Positions 63,994 through 64,000 of a DNA stretch of 64,000 bases are shown in pieces. A program made the position numbers and the translations under genes. The stretch's first letter is position 1; each line of letters opens with the position of its first letter. The notes below the pieces were generated by a model. The model was not told the origin of the DNA and made no database searches. It saw nothing but the letters and a program-made list of their open reading frames with translations. This stretch comes from Callorhinchus milii (Eukaryota): positions 15,440,001 through 15,504,000 of the forward strand of contig NW_024704742.1 in assembly GCF_018977255.1 (NCBI RefSeq). The letters are read 5' to 3'.

Positions 63994-64000
63994 AATCAGG

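Overview
Vertebrate genomic DNA, AT-rich and dominated by retroelements. The repeat repertoire (L2 LINEs with (TTG)n tails, CR1 LINEs, tRNA-Ala-headed SINEs with a Deu-like core and L2-type tail) suggests a cartilaginous fish, possibly a chimaera; this is inference. Most entries in the ORF track are spurious or repeat-derived. The one clear host gene is absent from the track because it is split by introns: a non-ELR CXC chemokine on the + strand. Its exons are 57203-57260 (signal peptide), 61330-61456 (RCRC), 61757-61830 and probably 63911-63993, with canonical GT-AG sites, intron phases 1/2/1 and C-X-C-24-C-15-C spacing. A second candidate transcription unit starts on the - strand near 19.7 kb (kB site, TATA, Inr, then an exon ending ATG|GTAAGT); I could not find its downstream exons. 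Also present: a near-full-length L2, a long CR1, an old third LINE clade, a MITE-like palindrome, a 33-bp templated duplication around chemokine exon 1, and SINE tails whose hairpin loop matches the youngest L2. No prokaryotic features, CRISPR, rRNA or true tRNA genes were seen.
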